Of a stretch of DNA of 32,000 nucleotides, positions 1 through 7,665 are shown piece by piece. Position numbers and translations under genes: made by a program. The notes under the pieces are model-generated. The model did not search any database. It was not told where the DNA came from and saw nothing but the letters and a program-made list of their open reading frames with translations. The DNA comes from Pantoea phage vB_PagS_AAS21. Numbering within the stretch: the first letter of the stretch is position 1; each line of letters begins with the position of its first letter. The stretch is from the sequence record MK770119.1. One strand, given 5' to 3'.

Positions 1-1
1 A

Positions 2-76
2 CGTTTGACTCCTCTAGTAGCTTATAGAGCTTCACTGGCCGGAGCAGCTATGGAAGAACCGGAAGTAATTAATTAA
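2..76 (+). CDS. 3' end of a truncated CDS (…AAMEEPEVIN*), function unknown
   Basis: Open frame from the window edge to TAA at 74-76, immediately before a terminator-like hairpin. Confidence 0.5.
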   Translation, partial: RLTPLVAYRASLAGAAMEEPEVIN

Positions 77-81
77 TGAAT

Positions 82-113
82 AAGCCCGTGACGAAAGTTG
101 CGGGCTTTTGTTT
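82..113 (+). terminator. Intrinsic terminator
   Basis: AAGCCCG…CGGGCTT stem followed by TTTTGTTTT. Confidence 0.8.
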
Positions 114-175
114 TATATAAACAATACTTGACAAGTTGATAAATCTATGATCCAAATATAATTATAAAGTCAGCT

Positions 176-204
176 TGTAATTTTTATCCGACTAGGTTAT
201 AATG
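176..204 (+). promoter_or_regulatory. Sigma70-type promoter for the lysis cassette
   Basis: TTGTAA -17 nt- TATAAT, upstream of the holin gene at 228. Confidence 0.65.
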
Positions 205-227
205 GTTCTAGTCGGGGAGGCGATATA

Positions 228-890
228 GTGGATAATTTTTTAAAGTTACTAACAGTCTTAATGGCTGAAATTAAAGATCCTGGCACTCTTTTAAAAAGAG
301 CTGGCACCCTGCTCGTCACAGTAATTATTTATTTTGTTATTAATAATACTGCGGAACTTGGTTCTTATCTAAAAGTATTTTCTACATCTGCTGTCCTCGA
401 GGACATTCAAGAACAAAGAGTAAAAAACTTCCCTAACGTAGCTAGGGAGAAAGTTATGATTCTCTATGCACAGACTAAAGCGGACGTAGTATTCGTTACT
501 AAATATAAACCAGATGCCATCAATGACTATCAAAATATTGTAGCTTGGGAAGGAAATGTACAAATAGAAAAAACTGACCTAGAAGACAAAGCTGTTGACA
601 AAACTTCCGGGTTATACAGACAGCATCTGGATGGATTCAATTATAGCTATGACCTTACAACTAAGGTTGGGCTTTCTAGATACTCTGGTGTTGATCTACC
701 AGATTTTAAAAACGCAGCATTTGAATTTGTTTATACATGTCCATACTTCAACTTAAACAATATTTATTCAGGTTATATCGCTATAGGCTGGAAAAAGAAA
801 CCCGTTGATGACGCAGAATTGCAAAAGTTTAATGATTATTTGTTTAGACTATGCAGCCCTCAAGTAGGGAGTTTAGGTAGATCTATATGA
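228..890 (+). CDS. Holin, T4 gpT/T5 Hol-like
   Basis: 220 aa, one N-terminal TM segment (LLVTVIIYFVI) and the T4-holin-like C-terminal motif YTCPYFNLNNIYSG. Stop overlaps the lysozyme start (ATGA). Confidence 0.85.
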   Translation: MDNFLKLLTVLMAEIKDPGTLLKRAGTLLVTVIIYFVINNTAELGSYLKVFSTSAVLEDIQEQRVKNFPNVAREKVMILYAQTKADVVFVTKYKPDAINDYQNIVAWEGNVQIEKTDLEDKAVDKTSGLYRQHLDGFNYSYDLTTKVGLSRYSGVDLPDFKNAAFEFVYTCPYFNLNNIYSGYIAIGWKKKPVDDAELQKFNDYLFRLCSPQVGSLGRSI

Positions 891-1384
891 TACGTTGGGA
901 AATAACACCTGATAATACAACGCTATTAACAGAAATTAAGGAGTTCGAGGGGACTAAAGAGTATCAAGCAGCTTGGAAACAAAAATCATTCCGTAATGGA
1001 AGGTTTTGGGTTTATAAAGACCATCTAGGGTATGATACTATTGGTTACGGACACCTTGTCAAGAAAGGAGAGGATTTCTCTAAAGGACTAACTGAAGCAG
1101 AAGCAGAACGTTTGCTGGCTACGGATCTAAAAACTTCTGTAGAAGCAGCTTTTGATATTGCTACTAAGAAGAATATTAGTGATCAGTTCATCATTCAGTT
1201 AACTCTAGTAGAGATGGTATTCCAGTTAGGGAAAGAAGGAGTACTAGGATTTAGCAATACGTTAAGTAAAATGGCTAGTAAAGATTACAGGGGTGCAGCA
1301 GATGGGATGCTAAACTCTAAATGGGCCAGACAAACTCCGGAACGCGTCAGTAAAATGGCAGAAAGAGTAAGAGCATTGGCTTAA
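887..1384 (+). CDS. Endolysin, T4 lysozyme-like muramidase (GH24)
   Basis: DHLGYDTIGYGHL, MVFQLGKEGVLGFSNTL and SKWARQTPERV match T4 lysozyme landmarks. Confidence 0.88.
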   Translation: MIRWEITPDNTTLLTEIKEFEGTKEYQAAWKQKSFRNGRFWVYKDHLGYDTIGYGHLVKKGEDFSKGLTEAEAERLLATDLKTSVEAAFDIATKKNISDQFIIQLTLVEMVFQLGKEGVLGFSNTLSKMASKDYRGAADGMLNSKWARQTPERVSKMAERVRALA

Positions 1385-1487
1385 TATATAAGGGAGATCA
1401 GTTGGTCTCCCTTTTTTATTACTTGCTCAATGACTAAAATATAGATTATAATCAAAGGATCAAATAAACTATATTTTGGAGAATAAT

Positions 1488-1889
1488 ATGAGCTTCCACC
1501 TAACAATCTATGCGTTATTAATAGTACACCAAGTAACATTTTTCGTATTACTTGCAATCTTTATGATGATGACTATAACATTCATCATAAGAAGTAATTT
1601 AACTGCCAAAGCCACTCTCTTTTGTGAGAAAGTATTGTTTGGGTTCTTTGGGGTATTTAAATGCGTGAATAAGCCCAGCAACTATTCCTTTTTCGGGATA
1701 GAACTAGAAAGTAATCTGGCAACCGCAGTATGCTTTAGTATCGGAATGTGGGTGTTTTCTTTACATCTAGCCATACTACTACATTTGTTGTACATAGGAG
1801 TCGCTAGTGTGTATGTCCTAAGCTCTCCTATGATTCTATACCTGGCTTATCCTCTAGTTATGTTCGCATTTAGGAAAAAATGTAGTTGA
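1488..1889 (+). CDS. Multi-pass membrane protein, unknown
   Basis: ORF with ATG at 1488 behind GGAG; several hydrophobic segments. Confidence 0.6.
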   Translation: MSFHLTIYALLIVHQVTFFVLLAIFMMMTITFIIRSNLTAKATLFCEKVLFGFFGVFKCVNKPSNYSFFGIELESNLATAVCFSIGMWVFSLHLAILLHLLYIGVASVYVLSSPMILYLAYPLVMFAFRKKCS

Positions 1890-1914
1890 CATAACAGTAA
1901 AATTGTAATATAAT
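1886..1914 (+). promoter_or_regulatory. Sigma70-type promoter
   Basis: TTGACA -17 nt- TATAAT, upstream of the ORF at 1948. Confidence 0.75.
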
Positions 1915-1947
1915 ATGTGTATATTATCTTGAATAGGAATTAAAACC

Positions 1948-2334
1948 ATGTCAGATCGTTTTTATGCACAGATGGGTAAACATTTTGACATGGCTCCTTG
2001 GGAGTTACAGGTAGCTCTGCGAGATGAAAAATCAGATTTACGTAAAACACTGGAGAAGAAGTCCATGCCTAAAGTAACGCGCAAAGAACTTAGCGTAGAA
2101 CTATCAGACCTTTTAGGTGTAGAAATTAATGCTACTAAACTGCCTATGAATACTCTTCAAGCAGTAGTAGAATCATTCAGAAATAAAAAAGCCAAGCAGG
2201 TTGAAATGCCTACTGGCAGATTAAAAGCTCCTTATATCGAGGCTTTGCATGTTGCACTAAACTTTAAATCTCCTGTAGATTTTAGTACTGCCACTGTCGC
2301 TTTAATGAAGGAAATTTTGGAGAATATTAAATGA
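1948..2334 (+). CDS. Conserved-type phage protein, unknown function
   Basis: 128 aa, promoter upstream; stop overlaps the next start. Confidence 0.7.
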   Translation: MSDRFYAQMGKHFDMAPWELQVALRDEKSDLRKTLEKKSMPKVTRKELSVELSDLLGVEINATKLPMNTLQAVVESFRNKKAKQVEMPTGRLKAPYIEALHVALNFKSPVDFSTATVALMKEILENIK

Positions 2335-2618
2335 AAAAAGCTATCCTAGTATTTAAAGGCTCTGACTGTGTCCCTTGTGGACATTTTGAGCCAGTTTTTG
2401 ACAGCATCTTTGAAGATGGCGGAATTTTTCACGGTGACGTCTATAAAGTAGTTGATGATGTTGCACTTATGCGAGATATGGGAGTACGTACTGTACCTAC
2501 TGTTGTTTTTGCAGAAGTAGTAGCTCCAGGTGAATTTAAAGCACTTACTAGCTTTACTGGAAAAGATCTGCGACAGGTAATTCTAGCAGAAAATGTAAGA
2601 CGTTTTAACGAACAGTAA
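2331..2618 (+). CDS. Thioredoxin/glutaredoxin-like protein
   Basis: SDCVPCGHFEPVFD active-site CxxC plus VRTVPTVVF cis-Pro motif. Confidence 0.8.
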   Translation: MKKAILVFKGSDCVPCGHFEPVFDSIFEDGGIFHGDVYKVVDDVALMRDMGVRTVPTVVFAEVVAPGEFKALTSFTGKDLRQVILAENVRRFNEQ

Positions 2619-2627
2619 GAGGTTTGT

Positions 2628-3002
2628 ATGGCACCACGTCTAAGAGTACTACAAAAACGCTATAAACATCTTGATGAAGTATTTATCGGGTGGGATGTGG
2701 CTTATGCTTACGAAGGCAAAACTATGATTGCATCTATTTTTGCTATTAGCTTAGATCACGCCTGGAATTTGTTATCTTTACTGAAGAATTACGATCCTAA
2801 TTATACTAAGATCTTAAAAGTTGAAGGTAGTAATGGATTCTATCACGCCACTTTAGACGTACAAAACGTATATTATACTAAGGACGATCAACCGCTAGGT
2901 GTAAACGCTTTAATTGGTAATATTTTTGCGATGAGTGAAGCAGAAGTACCTTTACACATCATGGATATCATTGATTGGGGCACCCTTACTGGTGGTTCTT
3001 GA
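2628..3002 (+). CDS. Hypothetical protein
   Basis: 124 aa ORF with GAGG upstream; ends just before a terminator. Confidence 0.65.
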   Translation: MAPRLRVLQKRYKHLDEVFIGWDVAYAYEGKTMIASIFAISLDHAWNLLSLLKNYDPNYTKILKVEGSNGFYHATLDVQNVYYTKDDQPLGVNALIGNIFAMSEAEVPLHIMDIIDWGTLTGGS

Positions 3003-3009
3003 ACTAATT

Positions 3010-3038
3010 AAGCCTAGCCTAGTCAGCTAGGCTTTTTT
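3010..3038 (+). terminator. Intrinsic terminator
   Basis: AAGCCTAGC-ctagtca-GCTAGGCTTTTTT. Confidence 0.85.
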
Positions 3039-3043
3039 ATTGC

Positions 3044-3087
3044 TTGCTAAACAGTGATAATTTTGATATAATAGCTTTATAAATTGA
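3044..3087 (+). promoter_or_regulatory. T5 early-type strong promoter
   Basis: TTGCTA -17 nt- TATAAT followed by AGCTTTATAAATTGA, resembling the downstream element of T5 early promoters (N25/H207 type). Confidence 0.8.
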
Positions 3088-3097
3088 GGAGAATAAT

Positions 3098-3280
3098 ATG
3101 TATGCATTTGCTACCTTTGATAAAGATGGTCATGAACATTCAGTATATTTAGGCTACAACAAAGCCCAATGGTTGAGTTTATCTGAAAAAATAAAACAGG
3201 CTGAAGTAGATTGGATTTCTGAGTCTTATGATGTAGATTTTGCAGAAGTGTTTGTAACTTTTGAGAGAGATTATAAATGA
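3098..3280 (+). CDS. Small hypothetical protein
   Basis: 60 aa, GAGGAG RBS, directly behind a strong promoter. Confidence 0.7.
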   Translation: MYAFATFDKDGHEHSVYLGYNKAQWLSLSEKIKQAEVDWISESYDVDFAEVFVTFERDYK

Positions 3281-3651
3281 AAAAGATGTTTGTAATTGTA
3301 TCCAATGGTTTTGCTTATGCTGATCGTGCCGTTGATCTGGATATTACAGAAAAAGAATTTAAAGCACTACCTACCAAAGAACAAGAAGAAAGAGTTAGGG
3401 ATGCAGCAGCAGAATACATGGATATTTGGGTTGAAACTGATGGCCCTACTGTTTTAGTTTATGTATCTTTAGGTCTAGTAGGTTGTGACCAGTGTACAGA
3501 AACAGATTATACTCCGGCTCAGTGGGAGAAATTATATCCAGAAGAGCGTGAAGAACATATCATAGAGAAAGCCTGGGATTGCGTAGACTACTTTGAAGTA
3601 GCTGCAATCAACGAGGCTGCTCTAAAAAATGAACATAGAGGGATTCACTAA
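3277..3651 (+). CDS. Hypothetical protein
   Basis: 124 aa, ATGA overlap with the upstream gene. Confidence 0.7.
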   Translation: MKKMFVIVSNGFAYADRAVDLDITEKEFKALPTKEQEERVRDAAAEYMDIWVETDGPTVLVYVSLGLVGCDQCTETDYTPAQWEKLYPEEREEHIIEKAWDCVDYFEVAAINEAALKNEHRGIH

Positions 3652-4478
3652 TGCAAGACAAGATACTTCCTATTATACATGAACACTTCTTCGTACCTGA
3701 CGAGGCTGATTTGTTCTTCTGTACAGACTTACATGGTTGCTGGGATCAGTTCAAATTCCTACAGCAAACAATGGGATTTCGTAATGGTATAGACTATATG
3801 GTTTCTACTGGTGATCTGGGTGATCGTGGGGATAAGAGTCTAAACTGTTTCGCACCATTTATTGGTAAAGATCAGAGATATAAAAGTACAATGGGCAACC
3901 ATGATATGTTCCTAGCGACTGTTGATAGTCGTCCAGATAGTGTAGGGAACTTGCTTTATAATGGTGGTAAGTGGGTGTTTAATGATCTTGGTCCAGACCA
4001 ACTCGAGTCTTTCGCTGAGACGATTAATGAGAAATTTCCTATTTTCTTGACAGTCCATCATCGGGGTAAAAAATATGGTGTTGTTCATGCTGAAATTCCT
4101 GTAGAATATGGAGATACAGGGATGATGTTTAAACAGCAAAATTGGTTTGATGTAATTGATGCCTTATATGATAAAGTTAACAGCACAAACCTGTTCAGTC
4201 AAGTGTGGAGATTTATTGATCCTTATATTTGGGGTCGTGATGTAATTACTTATGCACTAGAGACCCAGGAAAAAATACTTCCAATAGAAGGAGTAGACTA
4301 TACAATTCATGGGCACACAGTAATTAAAAATCCAACTATGGTTGAGAATCGGTTTTATATGGACACCGGAGGTTATTATAATGGTGCTTTAACTATGGCT
4401 AAAGCAACCGACATTGGGTTTGATACCCTTACCACTGAGTCAGGAAACCCCGAAGGAATCTGGCGACAGTACACTTAA
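3651..4478 (+). CDS. Serine/threonine phosphatase-like calcineurin-type phosphoesterase
   Basis: TDLHGCW, GDLGDRGD, GNHDMF and HGHTV motifs. Confidence 0.88.
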   Translation: MQDKILPIIHEHFFVPDEADLFFCTDLHGCWDQFKFLQQTMGFRNGIDYMVSTGDLGDRGDKSLNCFAPFIGKDQRYKSTMGNHDMFLATVDSRPDSVGNLLYNGGKWVFNDLGPDQLESFAETINEKFPIFLTVHHRGKKYGVVHAEIPVEYGDTGMMFKQQNWFDVIDALYDKVNSTNLFSQVWRFIDPYIWGRDVITYALETQEKILPIEGVDYTIHGHTVIKNPTMVENRFYMDTGGYYNGALTMAKATDIGFDTLTTESGNPEGIWRQYT

Positions 4479-4502
4479 GCCCTGGAGTTCTAGGGCTTTT
4501 CA
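4477..4502 (+). terminator. Intrinsic terminator overlapping the stop codon of the phosphatase gene
   Basis: AAGCCCT-ggagttct-AGGGCTTTT. Confidence 0.75.
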
Positions 4503-4514
4503 GAGGAATTTGTA

Positions 4515-4748
4515 ATGAGGAAAATGATTCTAGTTTCGTGTTTAGCCCTAGTTCTTACTCTAGTTCTTACAGGGTGTGATGAACAGCAACGAATGGATTA
4601 TGAGTCTGCTGCACAATCATGTGTTAAAAATAACGGCATATTAGTCAAGACAGTTAGCTTTAGTAAAATTTATTTGTTTGGGCTTATCCCAGTAGGCACT
4701 AACATGACAGTATACTGCCAGGTTAACCCAACAGTAGGTGCTGATTAA
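4515..4748 (+). CDS. Small lipoprotein, function unknown
   Basis: Signal peptide with lipobox LVLTGC; AGAGG RBS. Confidence 0.7.
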   Translation: MRKMILVSCLALVLTLVLTGCDEQQRMDYESAAQSCVKNNGILVKTVSFSKIYLFGLIPVGTNMTVYCQVNPTVGAD

Positions 4749-4993
4749 TGAAATTTCATAAGTTAAAATTACAGGAACAATTCTTTCCTGCCGTTCAAGC
4801 AGGGCTAAAAACAGCCGAACTACGTGTTAATGATCGTAATTATGCTGTAGGAGATTATCTAGAGATGCACGAAATTGATCTATTAGGTAATTTTTCAGGT
4901 AATATGGTTCTTGCAGAAGTTACTCATATTGCCAACGTTGATTTTATCTTGCTAGGTTATGTGTTACTGAGTATTAAGTTAGTTAAAAATTGA
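4748..4993 (+). CDS. ASCH/DUF3850-like domain protein
   Basis: HKLKLQEQFFPAVQAGLKTAELRVNDRNYAVGDYLEMHE pattern. Confidence 0.7.
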   Translation: MKFHKLKLQEQFFPAVQAGLKTAELRVNDRNYAVGDYLEMHEIDLLGNFSGNMVLAEVTHIANVDFILLGYVLLSIKLVKN

Positions 4994-4994
4994 T

Positions 4995-5038
4995 TTGCAA
5001 ATCATCGAGATTTTCTGTATAATAGCTTTATAAATTGA
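4995..5038 (+). promoter_or_regulatory. T5 early-type strong promoter
   Basis: TTGCAA -17 nt- TATAAT followed by AGCTTTATAAATTGA. Confidence 0.85.
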
Positions 5039-5054
5039 ACAGAGGAATATAAAT

Positions 5055-5339
5055 ATGAAAAACGAAATCAATTCAAGTAACTATCAGTCTGAGAACCTGG
5101 GTAAAGATGATCTGGCTAAATCTCTCGTAATTTTGCTGGGAATGGATGGCTATGAAGGACAGCTTAAGAAATTGTCTCTTCCAGCCCTTCGTAAGATGTA
5201 TGATGGACTGCTAAGCAATGCAGTCCATGTTTCCCAAGTTCGTCGTGAAGCATACGACTCTAGAAAAGAACTTAAAATCAGTCAGGATCGTTGCAGCTCT
5301 TTGGAACGTGACCTGAATCGTATTAAGAAAGGTAAATAA
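5055..5339 (+). CDS. Hypothetical protein, C-terminal coiled coil
   Basis: 94 aa ORF, GAGG RBS, strong promoter upstream. Confidence 0.7.
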   Translation: MKNEINSSNYQSENLGKDDLAKSLVILLGMDGYEGQLKKLSLPALRKMYDGLLSNAVHVSQVRREAYDSRKELKISQDRCSSLERDLNRIKKGK

Positions 5340-5635
5340 TGACACAAGCTATTATTATATGTGTGTTATGCCTAATAGTTTTTATACTAGCAGGCGTAAC
5401 ATTCTTGTTTAAAGTACGTTTAGATGTACTTAACGTAAACTGTCAACTAATCTTAGGTGAGAAAGATAGTATTATTAAAGACTTGTACGACGCCCTTGAC
5501 GCTAAAGATTTAACAATAGAATCTCTTAGGGCAGAGATTAACCAGAGAAACATCACAGTTGCTCAGGCAAAGGATATGGTTGGTCAACTTAAAGTAGCTA
5601 AAAATATTAAATTAGAAATAATGAGGCGCTTATGA
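5339..5635 (+). CDS. N-terminal TM plus coiled-coil protein
   Basis: TM IIICVLCLIVFILAGVTFLF followed by charged helical region; start abuts the previous stop. Confidence 0.65.
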   Translation: MTQAIIICVLCLIVFILAGVTFLFKVRLDVLNVNCQLILGEKDSIIKDLYDALDAKDLTIESLRAEINQRNITVAQAKDMVGQLKVAKNIKLEIMRRL

Positions 5636-5871
5636 GTATCTTTATCTTTGCAGTATGTTTACTTCATCTCTTTATTGGTCTTTGGGCTACCAAACGTAGT
5701 AATAGTCAATGGACGCTTAAAGTAGTATTTGGAAAGTTCCTGTTAGCTTCTGTTATTACCCTATTAACTACTGCGGATGTTTTCTTAGGCGGTGCTAAGT
5801 TCCCTCAGTTACAGGTTGAAGTTAGCTCAGCAATTGCAATCGCACAGAGGGAGTTAATGACACGTGTTTAA
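5632..5871 (+). CDS. Small membrane protein
   Basis: Overlapping ORF with two hydrophobic segments. Confidence 0.6.
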   Translation: MSIFIFAVCLLHLFIGLWATKRSNSQWTLKVVFGKFLLASVITLLTTADVFLGGAKFPQLQVEVSSAIAIAQRELMTRV

Positions 5872-6163
5872 TTATCATGAATTAGATATTATCAGAGATG
5901 CTCTAGAACTTAACCATTCTGAAGAGACTACGATCTATCAAAAAGTAGTTAATCTGATGGATACTATGTGGTATCCTGGGCATGTTCTACCGCCAATGTA
6001 TGCCAAGTTCTTAATTGAGAAAGATGGTGTACAGTATGAAGCTAGACGTACTGAGTTAGCAGAATCATACTCCCCTAAAAATATTACCCTTTTAATCCAG
6101 CATTCTGTAGACTGGGATGAAGAAACACTTAACGTAGGAGAATTCAAATGGCGTTATCTTTAA
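5864..6163 (+). CDS. Hypothetical protein
   Basis: 99 aa, overlapping gene context. Confidence 0.6.
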   Translation: MFNYHELDIIRDALELNHSEETTIYQKVVNLMDTMWYPGHVLPPMYAKFLIEKDGVQYEARRTELAESYSPKNITLLIQHSVDWDEETLNVGEFKWRYL

Positions 6164-6375
6164 TTGATAAACTGAACTCTAATACTATAGGCATTAGCTT
6201 ACGTGATAGTCTATTGTTTATTATGCCTATAGCTTTATTAGTTAACTTAGTCTATACCGTTGCACTGGCAGTAACAAATACTCCTATCTCCGGCACTTAC
6301 GATGGATCAGTACCTTATATGTACTACGAGCTATTTCTAGCTACCTTTGGAGCACGTAATATTGAAACCGATTGA
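6148..6375 (+). CDS. Small membrane protein
   Basis: 75 aa with TM LLFIMPIALLVNLVYTVAL; overlaps both neighbours. Confidence 0.55.
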   Translation: MALSLIDKLNSNTIGISLRDSLLFIMPIALLVNLVYTVALAVTNTPISGTYDGSVPYMYYELFLATFGARNIETD

Positions 6376-6799
6376 TATTTTACAGGGCTATTTCGACGTA
6401 GAGTCAAATAGCTTTGATTCCGTATTTATTCAGATGTTTGTGGAAACAGATAGTAAGTTTAATTACGGATTCTTTAACAAATTCTTCGAACAATCCTTTA
6501 CTCATTCAGATATTAACAATGCAATTAATGAGTTGTCTGGCAGTAAAGTGATTAAGTTTCTAGAAGTCGAGACAGATGCAAAAGCTGTAGACTTTTTACA
6601 TAATAAGTATACTTTTGGTAAGTTTCCAAATGTTCGTGGGTGGATTGATTATATTGCCGAACAAACCGGTTATGTTATTTCTAGAGCAGTATTATTCGCA
6701 TGGGTAGCATCGCAGCATCCACCAAAACAACAGAGTTCATTCCTTCCAACTAATGATAGGAATTTATATGGAAAAGAATCCACAGAATCCGCAGCTTAA
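6347..6799 (+). CDS. Hypothetical protein
   Basis: 150 aa ORF. Confidence 0.6.
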   Translation: MEHVILKPIDILQGYFDVESNSFDSVFIQMFVETDSKFNYGFFNKFFEQSFTHSDINNAINELSGSKVIKFLEVETDAKAVDFLHNKYTFGKFPNVRGWIDYIAEQTGYVISRAVLFAWVASQHPPKQQSSFLPTNDRNLYGKESTESAA

Positions 6800-7136
6800 C
6801 TATGTAGAGCAGTACATAGAAGAAATTAGAAACAGGGCGGAAGCATCTTTCGTAGTTGAGGATCTTATGACAAACCGCCTCAGTGCTGCTAAATCTGTTC
6901 TAGCAGAAGAAGTTGCTGAAGAAGTAAAGCTGATCACAATGTTAGCAACTATTGCAGACAGTATTGAGCAAAATGTTGAAGACCCGAAAGATGCCTACCG
7001 TCTACTTAATAATGCTTTAGCTGCCTATATTGAAGCTAGAACACACCGCATTAACACTTCCGCTAATAGCAGAGACATGGATGAAGCCTGCCTAGAGGTA
7101 GCGATTATGAAAGTCAATGGTGTATCTCTAAACTAA
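6753..7136 (+). CDS. Hypothetical helical protein (start uncertain)
   Basis: 127 aa; overlaps the previous ORF by 47 nt unless an internal start is used. Confidence 0.6.
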   Translation: MIGIYMEKNPQNPQLNYVEQYIEEIRNRAEASFVVEDLMTNRLSAAKSVLAEEVAEEVKLITMLATIADSIEQNVEDPKDAYRLLNNALAAYIEARTHRINTSANSRDMDEACLEVAIMKVNGVSLN

Positions 7137-7160
7137 ATCAAATTTCTAAGCAATAATTAT

Positions 7161-7199
7161 AAAATAGGGGTTTACAAAACCCTATTTTTGTATTATACT
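7161..7199 (+). promoter_or_regulatory. Combined terminator hairpin and promoter ahead of the tail-spike module
   Basis: AAAATAGGG…CCCTATTTTT stem; TTTACA (7171-7176) -17 nt- TATACT (7194-7199) lies across it. Confidence 0.6.
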
Positions 7200-7251
7200 T
7201 CTATGTAGAAAGGATATTTATTCCCTTTCAAGACTTCATAGGAGAAAACTT

Positions 7252-7665
7252 ATGTTACAGGTAAAAGATTATAACTTTACTGATGGCGATCTAGTACAGC
7301 GTAAATTTGGTGGGTATCAGATTACCTACAAAATGACTACTGCACAGAAAAATTCGTTCAAAACTTTCTTAGGTGAAGACGGAAAGGAAGAACTAGAAGT
7401 TGATAAATGGCTGAAAGACAACAACATCCAAGTTGTTAACCAGCCAAATACTTTATCTCAGGATAAAGAAACTGATGGTGCTTTCGAATCTGTTATTACC
7501 GAACCTGGTCAGTCTCCACTGATCAAAGAGAAAGGTAAAGATCCGGTTCCTACAGTAGTTGACGCACGTGGTACTCCTGGATATGATCCAGAAGAAATCG
7601 CTAATGCGGAAATCTTCTCTAACGACGGTGTTGTTGCTGATAACACTATCGAGAAGAAAGACTAA
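7252..7665 (+). CDS. Hypothetical protein encoded directly upstream of the tail-spike gene
   Basis: 137 aa, AGGAG RBS; its stop overlaps the start of the spike gene. Confidence 0.7.
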   Translation: MLQVKDYNFTDGDLVQRKFGGYQITYKMTTAQKNSFKTFLGEDGKEELEVDKWLKDNNIQVVNQPNTLSQDKETDGAFESVITEPGQSPLIKEKGKDPVPTVVDARGTPGYDPEEIANAEIFSNDGVVADNTIEKKD

